Of a DNA stretch of 64,000 bases, positions 59,074 through 64,000 are shown piece after piece. This DNA is from Chiloscyllium plagiosum (taxonomy: Eukaryota). How positions within the stretch are numbered: the first letter of the stretch is position 1; each line of letters opens with the position of its first letter. The stretch spans positions 6,789,988 to 6,853,987 of the forward strand of contig NC_057728.1 of NCBI RefSeq assembly GCF_004010195.1. The letters run 5' to 3'. The translations under genes and the position numbers were made by a program. The notes beneath the pieces were generated by a model. The model worked only from the letters and a program-made list of their open reading frames with translations, was not told the DNA's origin and searched no databases.

Positions 59074-60353
59074 GCATGTGGAATTTTCTTTGCACACTGC
59101 AGATTTCTCTCCGTGTTCTAATAAAGTGTCCTTTTTTATTTTTTGGAATTTATTCCTTTTGACCATAGTTCCTCCTTTTGTAAATGAGGTTGTGGTGGCA
59201 CCACTGTACAGGCTTTCAAAAGGCATTTTCAAATGACAAATGTTAGCAAAATTTAAAGCCCATGGGATTAGAGGGACAGTGATTAGTGTGCAGGGAATTG
59301 AAGGGACAGAGTTCAGAGTAGTGACAAATAGTTGGTTTTCAGGCTGTCAGGACTTATGCAGTAATAGTCCTCTGGTCTGTTGGGACACCTGAATTTTGGC
59401 TGTACCTTCAAAAGTGGTAGATGACATGAACATTGAACAATTGTAAAGCATAAACTGTTAAAATGGTAAATTTAATTTGAGCTGCAAGGTGGTTATGTAG
59501 GAAGAATGAGATTAGGAAACGGAAGCAGTGATATTTTAGAAGTGACATCCCGTAAAAGTAGCAAATGAATGCTGAACTCTGACCTTGGTAAGACCAAATT
59601 AGTGACTTACTGAAATGTGAAATTGAAACAGGCATGAGCAACTTCCCAGTTTTGTGTTCTAAAGTAGTGTAGTGCTCTCAGTACAGCCACATTTATGTGG
59701 CATGTAGCAATTAAACAACTGCCATATCCTTGAGCAACTGATGGATGGACATTGAATGTCAGCCTTGTCAGTGTTGCTTGTCTTTAATCGAAGAAATTGA
59801 AGTGGTCATGTGTGAAGGCTTGGCCAAAAGTAGTTAGTCTTGGGTGGAGTACTCCTGAATTCAGCTTCCAGAATTCAGAAACCATAGGGAGGTTGATCAC
59901 AAAGGGAGACTAGTTTTAGCTCAGAGCTATTCTGTCAAAGATCAGCATGAGTACAATGGGCTGAATGGCAGCCTATATTTTGAGTTTCATATTTGTCACT
60001 TGATTCACTGATTCTTTAGTACTAACATTATTTGCTTATCTGGTACAAATTAATTTGAATACGTCTCTTTTTTTTTGAGTCTCTTAAACCTCACAGCCAA
60101 TAAGACAGTAACAGTGCTCTAGAATCCACTTAAAATGTTAATTGTTTAAATTAATCTTTCCCTTTCCCTTTGCATGCTTTCCCACTGAAGGTCAGTGAAG
60201 AGACAAATTACATTCACCAAAAACTTGAGGTTGTCTTGCGCTGCTGTTTAGTCTCTCAGTGGCTCTCTACAAGTAGTATACAGAAATTCTAGTGAAGAAC
60301 CAAAATTGTAACTTTGGTCTCCATTTTGACGAATGTTCTAATTAACTTCATAG

Positions 60354-60429
60354 GATTCTATGTTGGATTCTGACTCTTCACAAAGTGCTATTGGATCACA
60401 GAAGGCTACAATATCACTCAATGCCGCAG
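60354..60429 (+). CDS. caprin2: Caprin-2 coding exon 10
   Basis: DSMLDSDSSQSAIGSQKATISLNAA (human ESVLDFDKPSSAI); donor G|GTATGA. Confidence 0.9.
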
Positions 60430-62309
60430 GTATGAGCCCTTTATCCCTCTGGCCCAGAAATGCATGTGTTTCACCTGCAGTGAAGTGACTAACATGCAGC
60501 AATTTTGATTAAAGCTGTACTCCTTTTAGGTTTGGATATCAGAAGTTGGGTTTTCTGTTACAGTGGTCCAGTGCAATGTCTTTGGTTAACACCACTTTTT
60601 ATGGTGCGGTAACACTGCATTTGGTGTCAAATTGTACACTTCAAGTGTCCTTTATTTGGAGTGGAGACAGATTTGGTCAAACACTGACATGGTCTCCTGT
60701 TCTAACCTAATTTACTATGCTGTGTGCCAGTTGCTACTGACATGTGATCTCAATGTGTCCAATTTACTAGAAATTAAGCTTGCAGTTTGAATGGGGAGAT
60801 GGTAATGTCTTGGAATCAAAAGCTGTGACAGGTTAAGCTACCAGGTGGACTTAATTGCTGTTAAGACACAAGTATATTTTGCTTGTTCCTCTTTGTTTGC
60901 CATTCAACTTGTTTAGGCTTTTTTAACCAGGAATGACTGAGCTGTTTCCAGGTGACACTAGTTGGCAGAAATCCCCCTAAAAGGAGTGTTGCAGTGTCTG
61001 CTAATTATGTATTTTTAGCGAACTGTTGTTTGCCAGAAGGAATGCGATGGAGATTTAATGTCTTTCAGCAGCTAAATGGTCAGAGGACTTGATTTTTCAT
61101 GTGATTTGAGAGGTTTAGTATTTATAGAATGGGTAGATAAGCCCAAGAGTGACATAATGGCCCTTTTTTAAATTGATAAAATATAAAGCTTGAGCTAGGA
61201 TCTGTATAATATTTGAGAGAGCTTCCAAGGGCCTTTTCTTTTATATATTACTCAGTTGGAGGAGCTAGAAGCAAAACAGTCAATGCCTTTTCAAACTTTC
61301 CACACTTTGCTTCCTCCCTGTCATCTGGCCTGCCAGCATGTACACTCGAATCACTGGCCGCTCTGCACTGCTAACAGGCTGCATATCTTCTACAACCTTG
61401 ACTCCTCCATGTTTCCTAATTAACTTGTGCTTTATTAATTCCTTTTATCTTAACCTCAATTAAGGTTGTTGGGTTTTTGTTTCTATCAGTTGACCTGCAA
61501 GTATGTTCAGTTGCTTTTTAAAAACCTCTAATGGGCACTTGGGTGACTTTCCTTATGGGAAAGAAATAAGGAAGGTTGGCTATACATTAGGTCAGGATAA
61601 TCCTTCCTATGGCCAGAATCTTGTCTTCTGAAGCTTGTCTATTTTGAATTCTCAGTACAGGATATGAAAAAGTACATTATTGCATTTTTTTTTTGCAGTG
61701 TATCTGCTCTATTGGTTTAATGGCCATATTGGTTCCATCACATTCCTGATGAAGGGCTTATGCCCGAAATGTTGACTCTCCTGCTTCTCGGATGCTGTCT
61801 GACCTGCACATTTCCAGCGCTACACTTTTTTTTAAACTGTCCTCCCCTTTCTCCTTGGTTCCAATGTCAAACATGACCATTTGATCTTCAATCGAGGATG
61901 GATTTTTTTGACAAATTAAATCAACTTGTGCCTTTTAATTTAGCGAATCCCTTCGATACTCCTGTGCAATTTAATCTCTTCCCTTTGATCAGTATCACTA
62001 GCTCTGGTATCTTGTACATATGGTGCTCTGAATGCATTGGGAGTGTTAGACATGTGGCATTGCAATACTTCCCTGATGTGAAAAGTGGACAGTCATTAGC
62101 TTTGCAGTGGGCCTTTTTGTGACCACTGTCCCAAATTCTGTAGAATTAAAATACTGGCAAATCTGGGGGGGCTGAAACAAATACTGGAAAGTGTGTTGGG
62201 CAGCACCATTTTGAGGGTGAATTAATTTCTTAAATGCCAGACCTGTGAAGTACTTCATTTTCTTTTATGGTTTATAAGGCTTTGAAAGTAAAGATTAACT
62301 AGCCTTTTA

Positions 62310-63665
62310 AGAACAGACATCCAATCCCTCTCCACCTCCATCTGCCATGCCCAGGGCCTCCAAGCCCTCCATTTCTTTCTCTCCCAATGTCCCCAACAGT
62401 ACCCTTCCACTGACACATTCGTTTGGCTGAACTGGTCCTCACCCTCAGCAATTTCTCCTTTGAATCCTCCCACTTCCTCCAGATGGAAGGGGTAGCCACG
62501 GGCCACAGCTATGTCTTTCTCTTTGTCGGCTACGTAGAACCGTCTATCTTCTGTAGTTACACCGGCACCACTCTCCAACTCTTCCTCCGCTACATTGATG
62601 ACTGCATTGGTGCCACCTCGTGCTCCCACAAGGAGGATGAGCAGTTCATCAACTTCACCAGCACATTCCACCCTGACCTTAAATTCACATGGACCATCTG
62701 ACACCTCCCTCCCCTTCCTGGACACCTCCAGCTCTATCAATGACAACCGACTTGACACTGGCTTTTATTTTGCAAAGCCACCAACTCCCACAGCTACCTG
62801 GATTATACCTCTTTCCACCCTACCTCCTGTAAAAATGCCATCCCATATTCCCAATTCCTCTGCCTCCACTGTATCTGCTTCAAGGAAGATAATTTCCACC
62901 ACAGAACACACCAGATGACCACAATTTTCCTTCCCACGTGGTTGAAGATTTTGCACCTCTGCCCTCAAACCCCACCCCTCAACCATACCAAGGACCGAAC
63001 ACACCTTTTTTTTTCCCCCGCCCCCGCCCGTCCTCACCTTTCACCCTACCAACCTCCCCATAAACTGTATTATCCACCGACATTTCCACCTCCAAACTGA
63101 CCCCACCACCAGGGATATGTTTCCCTCCCCACCCCTTTCTCCTTTCCACAAAGACTGTTCCGTCTAACTGCCTGGTCAGGTCCACCACCCCCTCCCTTCC
63201 TGGCACCTTCTCCTGCCACCACAGGGGTCTCAAAACCTGCACCCACACTACCTCCATCTAAGGCCCCAAAGGAGCCTTTCTCATCCATCAAAGTTTCACC
63301 TGCACATCCACCAATGCCACTTATTGTATCAGTTGCTCCTGCTGCGGTCTCCTCTAAGCTGAGGAAACTGGATGCCCTTCTCAGTGTTTAAGGGAACCTC
63401 TCTGGGACACTCTTACCAATCGACCCCACCGCCCTGTGGTCTAATATTTCAACTCCCCTGTCTGACCTATCACCTTCATCCCCACCCCCATTCACCCATT
63501 GTACTCTTTGCTACCTTCTCTCCAGCCCCACCACCCCTTCCATTTATCTCCACCGCAGAGGCTCCCTGCCTCTATTCCTGATGAAGGGCTTTTGCCCGAA
63601 ATGTCGTTTTTCATGCTGTTTGGATGCTGTCTGACCTGCTGTGCTTTTCCAGCACCACTCTCTAA
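62310..63665 (+). mobile_element. Decayed Penelope-like element (RT to 3' end) in intron 10
   Basis: HFLQMEGVATG...LFVGYVE...FLRYIDDCIG...FHPDLKFTW (PLE RT). Terminus with a hammerhead motif at 63578-63605. Confidence 0.9.
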
Positions 63666-63875
63666 TCTAAATAATACATAACACAACGCAATCCTTTTTT
63701 TTTTTAAACCATCTTTTTACAATGACCCTGAAGGCAAATGTTTAACTTGTCTGACAATACTTTTCTTTTTAAAATCTCGTGTGGAAGCTACATTTTTCTT
63801 GCTGTGACTTGTGGTTATAACAAGTCTTGGGTGCTTCTCTTATTTCTATAACAGTTTAATGTGTTTCTCTTCTAG

Positions 63876-63928
63876 CTCCAAAACAACAGAAGCAGCAAAA
63901 GAATGACACCATTCCATCCCCACCCAAG
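63876..63928 (+). CDS. caprin2: Caprin-2 probable coding exon 11; the gene continues past the window
   Basis: (A)PKQQKQQKNDTIPSPPK; good acceptor, donor AAG|GTGAGA, phase 1 to 0 as expected. Sequence similarity is low. Confidence 0.75.
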
Positions 63929-64000
63929 GTGAGAACGATAAGCTTGACTCGCTAAAAGAGCGGAAGGCGTTTTTTTTTTTTTCCAGACAGTGGCTTCAGT

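Noticed and set aside
45341-63928. Calling the gene caprin1
   Set aside because: AYETYLENGMICLKHKIRNIEK, FLNRQY...WESEY and LPKDP..RRQKLQDLM match Caprin-2. Caprin-1 has MKQILGVIDKKLRNLEKKK at this position.

Overview
Repeat-rich vertebrate genomic DNA. The shark-type HE1 V-SINEs, HER1/CR1 LINEs and abundant Penelope-like elements suggest a cartilaginous fish (inference). There are three assembly gaps (1762-2315, 4493-4558, 10293-10867). In the first ~44 kb I recognise no host gene. It holds decayed transposons: an L1 5' end, nested fold-back Penelope-like elements (PLEs), a Tigger/pogo-like MITE, a dead Gmr1-type Gypsy LTR element (17.5-22.7 kb), a probable Copia gag relic, and CR1 and SINE copies. 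It also holds a ~2.1 kb inverted duplication (8201-10292 / 24278-26419). From a CpG island at ~44.7-45.6 kb the + strand carries the 5' part of caprin2: 11 coding exons that splice in frame, two via GC donors, plus one candidate 39-nt micro-exon. The gene continues beyond the window. Most interesting: a 143-bp tandem duplication places two minimal hammerhead ribozyme motifs around an LTR end and tRNA primer-binding site (retrozyme-like chimera). Also notable are many other PLE-borne hammerhead motifs, two templated-insertion scars, an out-of-frame MVQL start overlapping the caprin2 ATG, and a Trp/Tyr-acidic tandem repeat in caprin2 exon 8. Exon and motif coordinates were read base by base; repeat boundaries are approximate, and family names and orthologue comparisons come from recalled sequence, not from a search.
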